A DNA stretch of 64,000 bases from an uncultured Anaerolineaceae bacterium (GCA_964424115.1 CAYRHN010000017.1:16579-80578); one strand, 5' to 3'; shown: positions 1 through 9,977, counted from the first letter of the stretch. Numbers and translations are program-made. The notes: a model not told the origin generated them from the letters alone.

Positions 1-180
1 GCCAAGGCCGAAGCCCCCTACCTGACCGCTGGTTTTATCACCGCGGCCGTCTTCATATTTATCTCCCTCCTGCCGCACATCTTCGGCTCGGTCATCGGGC
101 TGCCGCTCATGCTTGTCCTGGGCGCGGTTGCCATTCCCGTCCTGTTTGCGTTCGCCGCCTACGTGGCGGCCAAGGTATAG
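1..180 (+). CDS. partial CDS, C-terminal end of a membrane protein (5' end lies outside the window)
   Basis: Frame 1 is open from base 1 to the TAG at 178-180. The translation AKAEAPYLTAGFITAAVFIFISLLPHIFGSVIGLPLMLVLGAVAIPVLFAFAAYVAAKV is strongly hydrophobic. The GGAGG RBS of the next gene follows immediately. Confidence 0.4.
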   Translation, partial: AKAEAPYLTAGFITAAVFIFISLLPHIFGSVIGLPLMLVLGAVAIPVLFAFAAYVAAKV

Positions 181-188
181 GAGGCGGC

Positions 189-1235
189 ATGGCAACCAAA
201 GAGGAATTAAAAGGTCTCTCCTGCCCGCGCTGCGGCGGTATGGTGCCCATTCCCGAAGGCCAGGCGGTGGTCGTCTGCCCCTTCTGCGACATGCGCTCCA
301 TCGTCAGCGGCGAGCGCGGCGTGCGCCGCCATGCCGTCCCCTGCCGGGTGGAACGCGCCCAGGCCGAGGAAGCCATGCACAAGTTCCTGGGCGGCAACTG
401 GGCCATCGGCGGGCGGGTCAAGCGCGAAGCCCAGTTGAGCGAGGTCTTCCTCATGCACCTGCCCTTCTGGAGCTTCTGGGGGCGCGCCATCGGCTGGGCC
501 TTTGGTGAAAAACAGGTCGGCTCGGGTGACAAGAAGCACTACGAGGCCCGCGAAGAACGCGTGGCCGAAGAAATGAGCTGGAATGAGGCCGCCTGCGAGG
601 TGGGTGAGTTCGGCGTGACGCAGATCAACCTGAGAGGGCGCCCGCTGGAAGCCTTTGACGCCGAAACCCTGCACCGCTCCGGCATGGTCTTCGAGCCGGT
701 CGGCCCTGCGTCCGAGGCTTTCGGGCGCGGCAAGGTTTATTTCGAGAACCGCGTCCGCCAGAAGGCATCCCTGGACCGCGTTTCGCAGGTCTTTAGCCGC
801 ATCCTGCGCGCGCGCCAGGCGCTGGTCTACTATCCGCTGTGGGTCATGCGCTACACCTTCCGCGGGCGCTCCTTCCAGGTGGTGGTGGACGGCTTCAACG
901 GCGAGGTGCTGTACGGCAAGGCGCCCGGCAACACGATTTACCGCGCCGGGGCGCTGGTGGGCGGGATGCTACTCGGCTCGCTGGTGGCGGTCAACGGACC
1001 GGCCCTCATCCTGCGCGCCTCCGACAGCGACGGCGCCCTGGAAGGCTCGCTGGTGGCGCTGGTCATCGGCGGGGTGCTCATGTTCGGCTCCTACCGCATC
1101 TACCGTTACGGCGAACATTACGAATACCGCCGTTACAAGGGCAGCTCCTCCAGCGGAGGGGCCAGTTTTATGCCTATCAGCGAACTCACCGGGCAGGCTC
1201 AGCGCCTGCTGCGAGACCTGGAGCGTTTCAAATGA
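189..1235 (+). CDS. zinc-ribbon membrane protein, function unknown
   Basis: GGAGG lies just upstream of the ATG. There is an N-terminal CPRCGG..CPFCD zinc ribbon and C-terminal hydrophobic helices (ALVGGMLLGSLVAV, LVALVIGGVLMF). Confidence 0.6.
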   Translation: MATKEELKGLSCPRCGGMVPIPEGQAVVVCPFCDMRSIVSGERGVRRHAVPCRVERAQAEEAMHKFLGGNWAIGGRVKREAQLSEVFLMHLPFWSFWGRAIGWAFGEKQVGSGDKKHYEAREERVAEEMSWNEAACEVGEFGVTQINLRGRPLEAFDAETLHRSGMVFEPVGPASEAFGRGKVYFENRVRQKASLDRVSQVFSRILRARQALVYYPLWVMRYTFRGRSFQVVVDGFNGEVLYGKAPGNTIYRAGALVGGMLLGSLVAVNGPALILRASDSDGALEGSLVALVIGGVLMFGSYRIYRYGEHYEYRRYKGSSSSGGASFMPISELTGQAQRLLRDLERFK

Positions 1236-1786
1236 CCGGCGCTGTTTCCCTCATTCCCATGAATTGCATCCGCTGCCAGACTCCCCTACCGGCCCGCCCC
1301 GACGAGCTGGTGTGGGTGTGCGCCAACTGCGGCCAGGGGCAAATGTTCACCGACCAGGGCCTGGCCGCCCAAACAGTCCGTTATGCGGCCGGGATCGCCC
1401 CCGGGCAGCCGGGCAAACCGGTCTGGGTGACCCAGGGGACGGCCGCCTTGCAGCGCCAATCCTACGGTGGGGTCCTCTTCTTCGGCGGCAACAGCAAGAA
1501 TGAAATGGAAGCCTTCTGGGCTGTGCCGCACTGGTTCTTCATCCCCGCTTACGAGCTGCCGCTGGAGCAGTTGCTGGATGTGGGCGTCAAAATGCTTAAA
1601 AGCCCGCCACCCCTGCAGGAGATCAACGGCCCGCTGCCCTTCTTCCCGGTTGTCGTTCCGCCCGAGGATGTGCGCTCGCTGGCGGAGTTCATCGTCATGG
1701 CCATCGAGGCCGCCCGCGCCGACAAGCTCAAGCAGCTGGATATGAAGCTGGACCTCACCGCTCCCGAGCTGTGGATATTCCCGTAA
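1232..1786 (+). CDS. zinc-ribbon protein, function unknown
   Basis: This is an internal ATG of ORF 839..1786. It forms an ATGA stop/start overlap with the upstream gene at 1232-1235. The protein has a CIRCQ..CANCGQ zinc ribbon. Confidence 0.5.
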   Translation: MTGAVSLIPMNCIRCQTPLPARPDELVWVCANCGQGQMFTDQGLAAQTVRYAAGIAPGQPGKPVWVTQGTAALQRQSYGGVLFFGGNSKNEMEAFWAVPHWFFIPAYELPLEQLLDVGVKMLKSPPPLQEINGPLPFFPVVVPPEDVRSLAEFIVMAIEAARADKLKQLDMKLDLTAPELWIFP

Positions 1787-1810
1787 GGGCCTCCCCATCA
1801 TCTTGCACCC

Positions 1811-1869
1811 GGATCCAACGGATAAACCCCTGATTCTTTATCCGTGTTCATCTGCGTTTATCTGTGGTT
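1811..1869. repeat. intergenic repeat, reverse orientation of the CACGGAT/GAACACGGAT family
   Basis: The sequence ggatccaacggataaa..ttatccgtgttcatctgcgtttatctgtggtt is shared with 3244-3274. It is the reverse complement of the gaacacggat units at 28.4, 31.7, 32.5 and 35.1 kb. Confidence 0.7.
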
Positions 1870-2057
1870 AAATATGTTCTATGCACCTGATAGTTTAATA
1901 ATTTTCACGAAATGTCATTGCGAGCCCCGTTAGGGGCAAAGCAATCTCCCTCACTGACAGGGGATTGCTTCGTCGGTCTAAAGCCCTCCTCGCAATGACG
2001 TATCCAAACTGTCAGGTGGCTAGAATATCTTTATTCTTTATAAAGGACACCCTTCCC

Positions 2058-3200
2058 ATGCCCAGAGAGATCCGCTCTTCCCCGCCCATCGTCCATCAAG
2101 GCACCACCCCCTATATCATTCTGATCGTCGTTGCCCTGGGCCTGCTGCTCTTCCAGAGTCTCAGCAGCTGCAATCCCGGCACCCCCACCCTGGCCGAGAT
2201 CACCGAAACGCCTGTCTCCTCCACCCTGACCGGGGTCACCGAGACGACCATCGCCCCCACGCAGAGCGCCATCATCGTCTATTTCACCGATCCCTCACGC
2301 AGCAGCGGCGGACCGGACGAGGCGGTGGTGAAAGCCATCGATGCCGCCAAATCCAGTCTGGATATGGCCATGTACAACCTCAGCCTGGACAACGTCTGCC
2401 AGGCCATGATCCGCGCCAAACAACGCGGCGTGAAGGTGCGCCTGGTGACCGAGAGCAATTCCCTGGACGGCGGCTGCTACGACGATTTGAAAGACGCCGG
2501 CATCCCTGTGCTGGGCGACCGGCGCGAGGGCACCATGCACGACAAATTCTTCGTCATCGACGCCTCTCAGGTCTGGACCGGCTCGCTCAACCTGACCTAC
2601 ACCGGCACCTATCAGGACAACAACGATATGGTGCGCATCGATTCCGCCCAGGTTGCGCAAGACTACACGAATGAATTTAACGAAATGTTCGAGAATGACC
2701 AGTTCGGCCCGGAAAGCGTCGCCGACACGCCCCATCCTCAGATCACCCTCAACGGCGACCTGTTGGAAGTGTACTTCTCCCCCGATGACGGAGTCAGCGC
2801 GCGCCTGAAGCAGCTCCTCAAGGGTGCCACCTCCAGCATTGACTTTCTCGCCTATTCCTTCACCCTCGACTCGTTGGCGGATGTGATCCTTGCCCGCTCC
2901 CGCGCAGGGGTGGCCGTGCGCGGCGTCTTCGACGACACGCAGGTTGAGACCAACGGCAGCGCCAGCGAGTTTTCCACCTTGCAGGATGCCGGGCTGGATG
3001 TCCGCCTGGACGCCAACGCCGATGGGTTGATGCACCACAAGATCATCATCATCGACCGCCAGACCGTCATCTTCGGCTCCTACAATTTCAGCCGCAACGC
3101 CGACCAGACCAACGATGAAAATGTGATCGTCCTCCATTCGCCGGCGCTGGCCGAACAGTTCCTGGCCGAGTTCGAGAAGATCTACAACGCCGCCAGGTAA
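2058..3200 (+). CDS. phospholipase D / Nuc-like family protein with two HKD motifs, probably membrane-anchored or lipoprotein
   Basis: Two HxKxxxxD motifs are present: HDKFFVIDASQVWTGSLNLT and HHKIIIIDRQTVIFGSYNFS. There is an N-terminal hydrophobic segment with LSSC. The start was set at the MPREIRS methionine inside ORF 1965..3200. Confidence 0.85.
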   Translation: MPREIRSSPPIVHQGTTPYIILIVVALGLLLFQSLSSCNPGTPTLAEITETPVSSTLTGVTETTIAPTQSAIIVYFTDPSRSSGGPDEAVVKAIDAAKSSLDMAMYNLSLDNVCQAMIRAKQRGVKVRLVTESNSLDGGCYDDLKDAGIPVLGDRREGTMHDKFFVIDASQVWTGSLNLTYTGTYQDNNDMVRIDSAQVAQDYTNEFNEMFENDQFGPESVADTPHPQITLNGDLLEVYFSPDDGVSARLKQLLKGATSSIDFLAYSFTLDSLADVILARSRAGVAVRGVFDDTQVETNGSASEFSTLQDAGLDVRLDANADGLMHHKIIIIDRQTVIFGSYNFSRNADQTNDENVIVLHSPALAEQFLAEFEKIYNAAR

Positions 3201-3243
3201 AATCTTAACCACACACGCTTCGCGTAAGGGTAATAAAAATTTT

Positions 3244-3274
3244 TATCTGTGTCCATCCGTGTTCATCTGTGGTT
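3244..3274. repeat. intergenic repeat, same family as 1811-1869
   Basis: tatctgtgtccatccgtgttcatctgtggtt shares the atccgtgttcatctg core. Confidence 0.65.
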
Positions 3275-3308
3275 CCTCTTTAAAGTCTGGGGTTATAATT
3301 AATCCATC

Positions 3309-5180
3309 ATGAGCAGCATCCGCATCCAGGGCCCCGACTTCAAAGATGAATTCGGCCGCACCGTGCTCCTGCGCGGGATCAACCTGGCGGGCAGCAGCAA
3401 GGTCCCCTACGCCCCCAACGGCGCCACCCACCTGCGCGAAAGCCTGCTGGACCCGTGGGCCGTCTCCTTCGTTGGGCGGCCCTTCCCGCTCGACGAGGCC
3501 GACGAGCATTTCTCCCGCCTCAAGCGCTGGGGGCTGACCTTCCTGCGCTTCCTGGTCACCTGGGAGGCTATCGAGCACGCCGGACCGGGTGAATACGACG
3601 AGCATTACCTGGACTACGTGGCCGCCGTGCTTCAAAAAGCGGAGGAATACGGTTTCAAGGTCTACATTGACACGCACCAGGATGTGTGGAGCCGCTACTG
3701 CGGCGGCGACGGCGCCCCGCTCTGGACGCTGGAGGCGCTTGGCTTCGACTGGGCCCATTTTCAACAGACCGGAGCAGCCATTCTGCACTGCGAATGCGCT
3801 GAGGAGTATTCCTCCCTGCTCTGGTTCTCCAATTACGATAAGCTGGCCGCCGCCACCATGTTCACCCTCTTCTACGCCGGCAACGACTTTGCCCCCCACA
3901 CCCGCATCGTCGGCCTGCCGGTGCAGGATGTGCTGCAGAACTACTACATCACCGCCTATTGCCGCCTGGCCGAGCGCCTGAAAGGACTGAAGAACATTGT
4001 CGGCTACGGGCCAATGAACGAACCCTCCGGCGGGATGATCGGACGTTCTGTGAGCGGGCGTCCCGGCCTGTTCCCGCGCGGGTTGTCTCCCAGCTATTAC
4101 CAGGCCATGCTGCTGGGCTGTGGCTTTTCGCAGAAAGTGCCTCGCTATGCCCTGCGCCTGCCCGGTCTCCGCGTGCCGGGCTCGGCGGTGCTCAACCCCG
4201 AGCATGTGCGCGTCTGGAAGGACGGCTACGACTGCCCCTGGAAGCAGAACGGCATCTGGGAGATCGACACCAGAGGCCAACCGCACCTGCTCCAGCCGGA
4301 TTATTTCCGCCCCGGCAAGGTGCACTTCCACCGCGACTACTACCGTCCCTTTGCCAACCGCTTTGCCGCGGCCATCCGCAAGGTGAACCCCGGCGCGGTC
4401 ATGTTCCTGGAAGGTATCCCGGAAGAGAACCACCTGATCTGGGATACGCGCGACGCCGGTAACGTGGTGCACGCCGGGCACTGGTACGACGGGGTGACCG
4501 CCGCCACCGGGCGCTTCATTGGCTGGTTCAGCGTGGACCAGCGCCTGGGCGGACGGCCGATCTTCGGGCGGCGGCGCGTGCAGGCCATGCTCAACGACCA
4601 GGTCGCCGACCGCCTGCGCGTCTCGGAAGGCACCATGGGCGGCCCACCCACCCTGATCGGCGAATTCGGCATCCCCTTCGATATCGGCAAACGGCTGGCC
4701 TTCAAGACCGGCGATTTCAGCCTGCAAACCGTGGCCCTGGATGCCTCGATGATCACGGTTGAGACCAATATGGTCAGCAGTACCTTGTGGAACTATTCGC
4801 CCGACAACACCAACCAGTGGGGCGACGGCTGGAACCGCGAGGATTTTTCCATCTTCTCCCGCGATCAGATGAAAGGCGACGGCTCGCCGGATGACGGGGG
4901 CCGCGCCCTGCGCGGGGTGGTGCGCCCCTACCCGACTGCCACCGCCGGAGAGCTGACCCGCCTGGCTTTCAACTTCCTCACCCGCCGCTTTGAGTGCACC
5001 TTCCGCCACGACCCGGCCGTCACCGCCCCCACCGAGATCTTCGTGCCCCTTGTGCAGTACCCGCACGGCTGCCGGGTGGAGGTCAGCGACGGCAGCTACG
5101 ATTACGACCAGTCCGCCCAGGTGCTGCGCTATTACCATACCCTGGAAAAAGAAGAACATAAGATCGTCATCAATGGATAA
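3309..5180 (+). CDS. glycoside hydrolase family 5-like (cellulase superfamily, glucosylceramidase-like subgroup)
   Basis: TIM-barrel GH5-type blocks are present: LLRGINLAGSSK, FLRFLVTWEAIEH, VYIDTHQDVW, GYGPMNEPSGG (NEP acid/base block) and LIGEFGIPFD (nucleophile Glu block). Confidence 0.8.
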   Translation: MSSIRIQGPDFKDEFGRTVLLRGINLAGSSKVPYAPNGATHLRESLLDPWAVSFVGRPFPLDEADEHFSRLKRWGLTFLRFLVTWEAIEHAGPGEYDEHYLDYVAAVLQKAEEYGFKVYIDTHQDVWSRYCGGDGAPLWTLEALGFDWAHFQQTGAAILHCECAEEYSSLLWFSNYDKLAAATMFTLFYAGNDFAPHTRIVGLPVQDVLQNYYITAYCRLAERLKGLKNIVGYGPMNEPSGGMIGRSVSGRPGLFPRGLSPSYYQAMLLGCGFSQKVPRYALRLPGLRVPGSAVLNPEHVRVWKDGYDCPWKQNGIWEIDTRGQPHLLQPDYFRPGKVHFHRDYYRPFANRFAAAIRKVNPGAVMFLEGIPEENHLIWDTRDAGNVVHAGHWYDGVTAATGRFIGWFSVDQRLGGRPIFGRRRVQAMLNDQVADRLRVSEGTMGGPPTLIGEFGIPFDIGKRLAFKTGDFSLQTVALDASMITVETNMVSSTLWNYSPDNTNQWGDGWNREDFSIFSRDQMKGDGSPDDGGRALRGVVRPYPTATAGELTRLAFNFLTRRFECTFRHDPAVTAPTEIFVPLVQYPHGCRVEVSDGSYDYDQSAQVLRYYHTLEKEEHKIVING

Positions 5181-5186
5181 CTGCAT

Positions 5187-6791
5187 ATGAGAACCAGCTT
5201 CCTGCGAAAACCCGCCTTTGCCCTGGCCGTGGCCCTGCTCTTCTACTGGCTGGTCACCTTCGGTCTGCTGGTGCGCGGGCTGGCCCAGACTGACGGCAAG
5301 TTCATCTACCCCATCGACGACACCTACATCCACATGGCGATCGCCAAACACTTTGTCCAGAACGGCGCATGGAGCGTGTCCAGCGGGTTGGATTTCACCT
5401 CCACCACCTCCTCACCGCTGTGGACCCTGCTGGTGGCGGGTTCTTATGCCGTCTTCGGAGTCAACGAACTCTCACCGCTGCTGCTCAACCTGGTCTTCGG
5501 CTCAGCTGCAGTCGTGCTCAGCTACAATCTGCTGCGCAAAAAGGTCCGCCCGCTGACCCTGACCGTCCTGCTGGTCTTGATCGTGCTTTTTGTGCCGCTG
5601 CCCATCCTGACCCTGGGTGGGATGGAACATACCCTGCATAGCTGGCTCAGCTTGTGGCTGCTCTTTGCCGGGGCGGCCTACCTGCATGATCCCGCCCGGA
5701 ACACGCGCGGGCAATTGATCCTGCTGATGGCGCTTTCTGCGCTGGTCAGCAGCGCCCGCTACGAGGGGCTCTTCCTGGTAGCAATCATCAGCCTCTTCCT
5801 GCTTTTGCGGCGGCGCGTGCTGCCCGCCTTCCTGATCGGCGGGGCCGGGCTGCTGCCAGTAGTTGGTTACGGCCTGCTTTCGCTCTCCCACGGCTGGGAT
5901 TTCCTGCCCACCTCGTTGATGCTGAAAGGCAATACGCTCTCCTTCTCGCTGGTGGGCATCTTTGAATTCCTCTCGCGCCTGCCCACCAACCTGCTCAACG
6001 CGCCGCATATCCTGCTCTTGCTGGTCGCCTGCCTGATCGTCTGGCTGTGGCTGGAGGAGCGCGGCATTCCCGCCGGGTGGGAAAAGACCCTCCTGGCGCT
6101 CTACCTTTCCGACGCCCTGCTGCACATGCTCTTTGCCAGCACGGGCTGGTTCTACCGCTATGAAAGCTACCTGGTGCTGGCCGGGTTGATCGTGCTGGCC
6201 TGCGTGCTCAAACCCCTCCTGCCGGCCCACGGCATCGGCAGCGGGCGCAAAGCCCTGCTCGGCCTGGCGCTGGCGCTGCTGCTGCTCTTCCCGCTCGGCT
6301 GGCGCAGCATGAAATCCTTCTTCGACTACCCCTTCGCCTCGCAGAACATTTACCAGCAGCACTACCAGATGGCCATGTTCCTGCAAACCTACTACAACGG
6401 CCGCAGCGTGGCTGCCAACGACATCGGCGCGATCAACTACTACGCCGACATCCGCTGCCTGGACCTGTACGGGTTGGGCACGGTGGAAGTGACCCGCGCC
6501 AAGCGCGCCGGCAGCTTTGATTCGCAAATGATGGTCGACCTGGTCGAACAGCACGGCGCGCAAGTGCTCATCCTCTACGATATCACCTTCGCCGGGCAAA
6601 TGCCCGCCCAGTGGATCAAGGTCGGCGAGTGGACCATTCCCGACAAGGTGGTGGTGGGCAGCGACACGCTGGCCTTCTACGCCCCCTCTCCCGCCCAGGT
6701 GGAGGAGATCACCGCCCACCTGCGCGATTTTTCCCCCCGCCTGCCGGAACCGATTATTGAAATTGGTTTAACCACCAACTCAATGCCTTAA
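5187..6791 (+). CDS. polytopic membrane protein, GT-C-like glycosyltransferase fold suspected
   Basis: The N-terminal two thirds contain more than 10 hydrophobic helices. An early loop has YPIDDTYIHMAIAKH (an acidic DD motif, as in GT-C enzymes). The C-terminal domain is soluble. The gene is adjacent to the GH5 gene. Confidence 0.6.
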   Translation: MRTSFLRKPAFALAVALLFYWLVTFGLLVRGLAQTDGKFIYPIDDTYIHMAIAKHFVQNGAWSVSSGLDFTSTTSSPLWTLLVAGSYAVFGVNELSPLLLNLVFGSAAVVLSYNLLRKKVRPLTLTVLLVLIVLFVPLPILTLGGMEHTLHSWLSLWLLFAGAAYLHDPARNTRGQLILLMALSALVSSARYEGLFLVAIISLFLLLRRRVLPAFLIGGAGLLPVVGYGLLSLSHGWDFLPTSLMLKGNTLSFSLVGIFEFLSRLPTNLLNAPHILLLLVACLIVWLWLEERGIPAGWEKTLLALYLSDALLHMLFASTGWFYRYESYLVLAGLIVLACVLKPLLPAHGIGSGRKALLGLALALLLLFPLGWRSMKSFFDYPFASQNIYQQHYQMAMFLQTYYNGRSVAANDIGAINYYADIRCLDLYGLGTVEVTRAKRAGSFDSQMMVDLVEQHGAQVLILYDITFAGQMPAQWIKVGEWTIPDKVVVGSDTLAFYAPSPAQVEEITAHLRDFSPRLPEPIIEIGLTTNSMP

Positions 6792-6945
6792 ATAACGCCT
6801 TCACCGATATGAAGGGGTTGAGATGTCTGCCTGACTGGACCCGTTCCGTATTTTTTTTTGTACTTTTCGATGGTTCCATAATAAAAACGACTTCCCGGAA
6901 ATGCTCTTTCGTCCGCCAATAGTCAATTTGTGCTACACTTGATCT

Positions 6946-7596
6946 ATGGTCAGCATTCAAAGCAGCCTCCAAATCGGCCAGGTGATCCGCAACGCCGTGG
7001 CCTTTAATCCTCAAAACTGGGCAGGTGGCGAGATGGTTTCTGATTCACTGGTTCAATCCACGCAAGAGCTGTTCAACATCCTCGAACAACGCAAGGTCGA
7101 ATACGTTTTGGTGGGCGGGATCGCCTTGCTGCATTACGTGGAAGGCCGGAATACCCAGGATATCGACCTGCTGATGGCGTTATCCTCCCTGGAAAAATTA
7201 CCCGAACTGCAGATTATCAGCCGGGATATGTATTTCATTCGCGCTAAGTACAAAGAATTGCAGATCGATATCCTCCTGACAAAAAATCCCCTCTTCAAAT
7301 GGGTCTTGCGCCGCTGCTCGACTATGCATTCTTTCATGGATCGGGACATCCCCATCGCCAGCGTGGAAGGGCTGCTGCTGCTCAAGTTGTATGCCCTGCC
7401 TTCTCTCTACCGGCAGGGGAATTTCGCCCGGGTAGGGATCTACGAAAACGACATTGCTACCCTGCTGCAAGCCTACCAGCCGGATCAAGTTGCCTTGCTT
7501 GGTAGGCTGTCCAAATACACTGCGGAGAGCGACCTGGATGAGATCAGGCGCATCCTGGAGGATATCCAGGGCCGCATTGACCGTTTCAAAAGGTAG
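6946..7596 (+). CDS. minimal nucleotidyltransferase-fold protein (pol-beta superfamily, MNT/AbiEii-like)
   Basis: VEYVLVGGIALLHYVEGRNTQDIDLLM matches the G[GS]-x(n)-DxD NTase signature. G+C is visibly lower than in the neighbouring genes. No partner gene is present. Confidence 0.5.
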   Translation: MVSIQSSLQIGQVIRNAVAFNPQNWAGGEMVSDSLVQSTQELFNILEQRKVEYVLVGGIALLHYVEGRNTQDIDLLMALSSLEKLPELQIISRDMYFIRAKYKELQIDILLTKNPLFKWVLRRCSTMHSFMDRDIPIASVEGLLLLKLYALPSLYRQGNFARVGIYENDIATLLQAYQPDQVALLGRLSKYTAESDLDEIRRILEDIQGRIDRFKR

Positions 7597-7607
7597 TTAA
7601 TAAAGAA

Positions 7608-7631
7608 CTGGCGGCTGCGCCGCCAGTTTTT
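7608..7631. terminator. rho-independent terminator between convergent genes
   Basis: A ctggcggc-tgcg-ccgccag hairpin is followed by TTTTT. It lies between the NTase gene end (7596) and the ccmD end (7637). Confidence 0.7.
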
Positions 7632-7636
7632 ATCTG

Positions 7637-7819
7637 CTACTCTTCTTTTTCTAGAAGTATTCGCTCCCCGTTCAGCTTGCGGAAGCGCAGCGCCAGCGAG
7701 AGCAAATAGCCCAGCAAGATGACGGCGATAACGATATAGCCAAAGAGCATATCCGGGCCGGTATCCGGGGTGGTCTCCGCCCCGCGCGCCAGTAGAGAAA
7801 TCACCGTGTACAGGTTCAT
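7637..7819 (-). CDS. ccmD: small single-TM protein, CcmD-like heme exporter subunit
   Basis: 60 aa with one TM helix (MLFGYIVIAVILLGYLLSLAL) followed by basic residues. It overlaps the ccmC stop and is the last gene of the ccm cluster. Confidence 0.5.
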   Translation of the reverse strand: MNLYTVISLLARGAETTPDTGPDMLFGYIVIAVILLGYLLSLALRFRKLNGERILLEKEE

Positions 7820-8556
7820 CGCGTCTCCTCCTCCTGCGCCAGCTTCAGGCGCATCTCTTCAACCGACTGGCTCAACTGCCCCAGGCGGATGCGGTGCCAC
7901 AGCAGCGCAGCGAACAGGACGGTGAAAGCCGCCAGGCTGATCATCAACGTGCCTGTCATCTCGGGTGTCATGCCCATCGTGGTCGAATTGAGCGGGTCCA
8001 CCCCGCCGATCAGCACCGGGTGAATCGAGCGGAAGAAGCGGATGGAGAAGAAGGTCATCGGCACGCTGACCATGGCGATGATCGCATAGACCGCGCTGAA
8101 GCGTGAGCGCCGTTCCGGCTCATCGATCCCCGCCCGCAGCATCAACAGCGCCGCATAGGCCAGTTCCATCACCGCCGCGGTGGTCAGGCGCGGGTCCCAC
8201 GTCCACCAGGTGGCCCAGGTGCGGTGGGCCCAGATCATCCCGGTCAGGATGCAGATCAGCACGAAGACCATGCCCACTTCCACCGAGGCCAACCCGACCA
8301 CATCCCACTTGCGGTTGCGTTTGACCAGGTACAGGATCCCTGCCACCCCGGCCACGATGAAGCCCAACATGCCCACCCAGGCGGTCGCCAGGTGGAAATA
8401 AAAGATCTTCTGCACCAGCCCCATCTCGCGCTCGATGGGCGTGAAGGCGAACACGCGCACCGCCGCCCCCACCACCGCCAGCGCGGCCAGAATGGACAAT
8501 ACCGTCAGTCCTTTGGATTTTGATAAAGCCACCGGATACCTCCTACTCTTCCACAA
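7816..8556 (-). CDS. ccmC: heme exporter protein CcmC
   Basis: It carries the Trp-rich WWD motif WATWWTWDPRLTTA, is polytopic, and follows ccmB. Confidence 0.9.
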   Translation of the reverse strand: MWKSRRYPVALSKSKGLTVLSILAALAVVGAAVRVFAFTPIEREMGLVQKIFYFHLATAWVGMLGFIVAGVAGILYLVKRNRKWDVVGLASVEVGMVFVLICILTGMIWAHRTWATWWTWDPRLTTAAVMELAYAALLMLRAGIDEPERRSRFSAVYAIIAMVSVPMTFFSIRFFRSIHPVLIGGVDPLNSTTMGMTPEMTGTLMISLAAFTVLFAALLWHRIRLGQLSQSVEEMRLKLAQEEETR

Positions 8557-9235
8557 TAAAATCGAACGTCATCAGCGCCAGCGCGCTGAAAATGACATCA
8601 TAAACCAGGATGAAGCTCAGCCAGCCGGACAGCTCGCCCAGCGCCACGCCGTCCAGCAGCGAACCGGTGCATTTCACTGCTGCCACCAGCAGCGGCAGGA
8701 TGACCGGGAAGAGCAGGATCGGCAGCAGGATATCCCGCGTGCGCGCCTGCACCGCCATGCTGGAGAGCAGCGTGCCGACCACCGCGTAGCCGGTCACGCC
8801 CAGCAGCACCACCAGCAGCACATCCAGGCGCAGCAGGTTGGTGTTATACAGCAGACTGTAGATCGGCAGCACGATCAGCGCCAGCACGAACATGAAGATC
8901 AGGTTCGCCAACGCCTTGCCAAAGAAGATCACCGTGCGGTCCACCGGCGCCAGCAGCAGCCCGTCCAGGCAGCCGCGGTCTTTCTCCGAGGCCAGGGAGC
9001 GGTTCAGGCCCAACGTTCCGGCAAAGACCAGCGTCACCCACAGCACTCCGCTGGTCACGCTGGCGCGCAGCCTGGCGTCCAGTTCCAGAGCGAAGTTGAA
9101 GATGAACAGCACCATCAGCGAGAAGATCAGCATGGCCGAGAGCATTTCCCGGCTGCGCCATTCGGCGGCCAGGTCTTTCCACACCACCGCCTTCAAGGCC
9201 GAAAGGAAGGGCACCTGCCCGTCAGGCTTTGCCAT
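8543..9235 (-). CDS. ccmB: heme exporter permease CcmB
   Basis: A six-helix membrane protein located between ccmA and ccmC, with overlapping start and stop codons. Confidence 0.8.
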   Translation of the reverse strand: MAKPDGQVPFLSALKAVVWKDLAAEWRSREMLSAMLIFSLMVLFIFNFALELDARLRASVTSGVLWVTLVFAGTLGLNRSLASEKDRGCLDGLLLAPVDRTVIFFGKALANLIFMFVLALIVLPIYSLLYNTNLLRLDVLLVVLLGVTGYAVVGTLLSSMAVQARTRDILLPILLFPVILPLLVAAVKCTGSLLDGVALGELSGWLSFILVYDVIFSALALMTFDFIVEE

Positions 9236-9977
9236 TCACGCCCCCCTTCTCCAGCGCCTGGCGGTAGAAAGCCAGCAGACCATCCTGCGGCAGGGAAGCC
9301 GCCTGGGCCGTGTCGCGGATCTGCCCGCGGGTGAGAATATCAAAGCGCGAGGCCAGGTCAGCTGCCCGCGCCAGGTCGTGCGAGGTCATCACCAACGTGC
9401 GCCCGCGCACCGCCACCTGCCGCAGCACCTTATCCAGCATCTCGCAGGCATCCTGGTCCAGGCCGGTGTGCGGCTCATCCAGCAGCAGCAGTTCGGGGTC
9501 GTGCAGCACTGCCCGGCCGATCGCCAGGCGCTGCTGCATCCCGCGCGAGAAGGTGCGCACCAGGTCGCGCCGCCGGGAGGATAACCCCACCATCTCCAGC
9601 ACCCGGCTGACCTGCGCCTCCAACCCTTCCACGGCGTACATCCGCCCGTAGAAGCGCAAATTTTCCTCGGCGGTCAGGTCGCCGTACAAGAGCGGCATGT
9701 GCGACACCACCCCCAACCGGCGGCGCACCGCCGCGGCCTGGTGCGGCAGCTTATACCCGCCCACCATCACCTCTCCCAGCGAGGGACGCGAAAGTGACGA
9801 AAGGATGCGCAAGAAGGTGGTCTTTCCGGCCCCGTTGGGACCCAGCAAGGCCACAAATTCGCCCGGCTGCACCTCGAAGTTCAGGTCGCGCAGCACCACC
9901 TTGGGGCCAAAGCGTTTGAACAGCTTGCGCACGCGGATCACCGGCGCGCTGGCTGTGCTGGCGTCATTCTCCGGCAT
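9222..9977 (-). CDS. ccmA: ABC transporter ATP-binding protein CcmA
   Basis: Walker A GPNGAGKTT, signature FSRGMQQRLAIG and Walker B LLLLDEPHTGLD are present. It sits in the ccm operon. Confidence 0.85.
   Translation of the reverse strand: MPENDASTASAPVIRVRKLFKRFGPKVVLRDLNFEVQPGEFVALLGPNGAGKTTFLRILSSLSRPSLGEVMVGGYKLPHQAAAVRRRLGVVSHMPLLYGDLTAEENLRFYGRMYAVEGLEAQVSRVLEMVGLSSRRRDLVRTFSRGMQQRLAIGRAVLHDPELLLLDEPHTGLDQDACEMLDKVLRQVAVRGRTLVMTSHDLARAADLASRFDILTRGQIRDTAQAASLPQDGLLAFYRQALEKGGVNGKA

Noticed and set aside
3243-5351. 702-aa minus-strand ORF covering the GH5 gene
   Set aside because: It is antisense to an ORF with clear GH5 motifs. Its translation is Gly/Ala/Val/His/Arg-rich low-complexity sequence, typical of stop-free shadow frames in GC-rich DNA.
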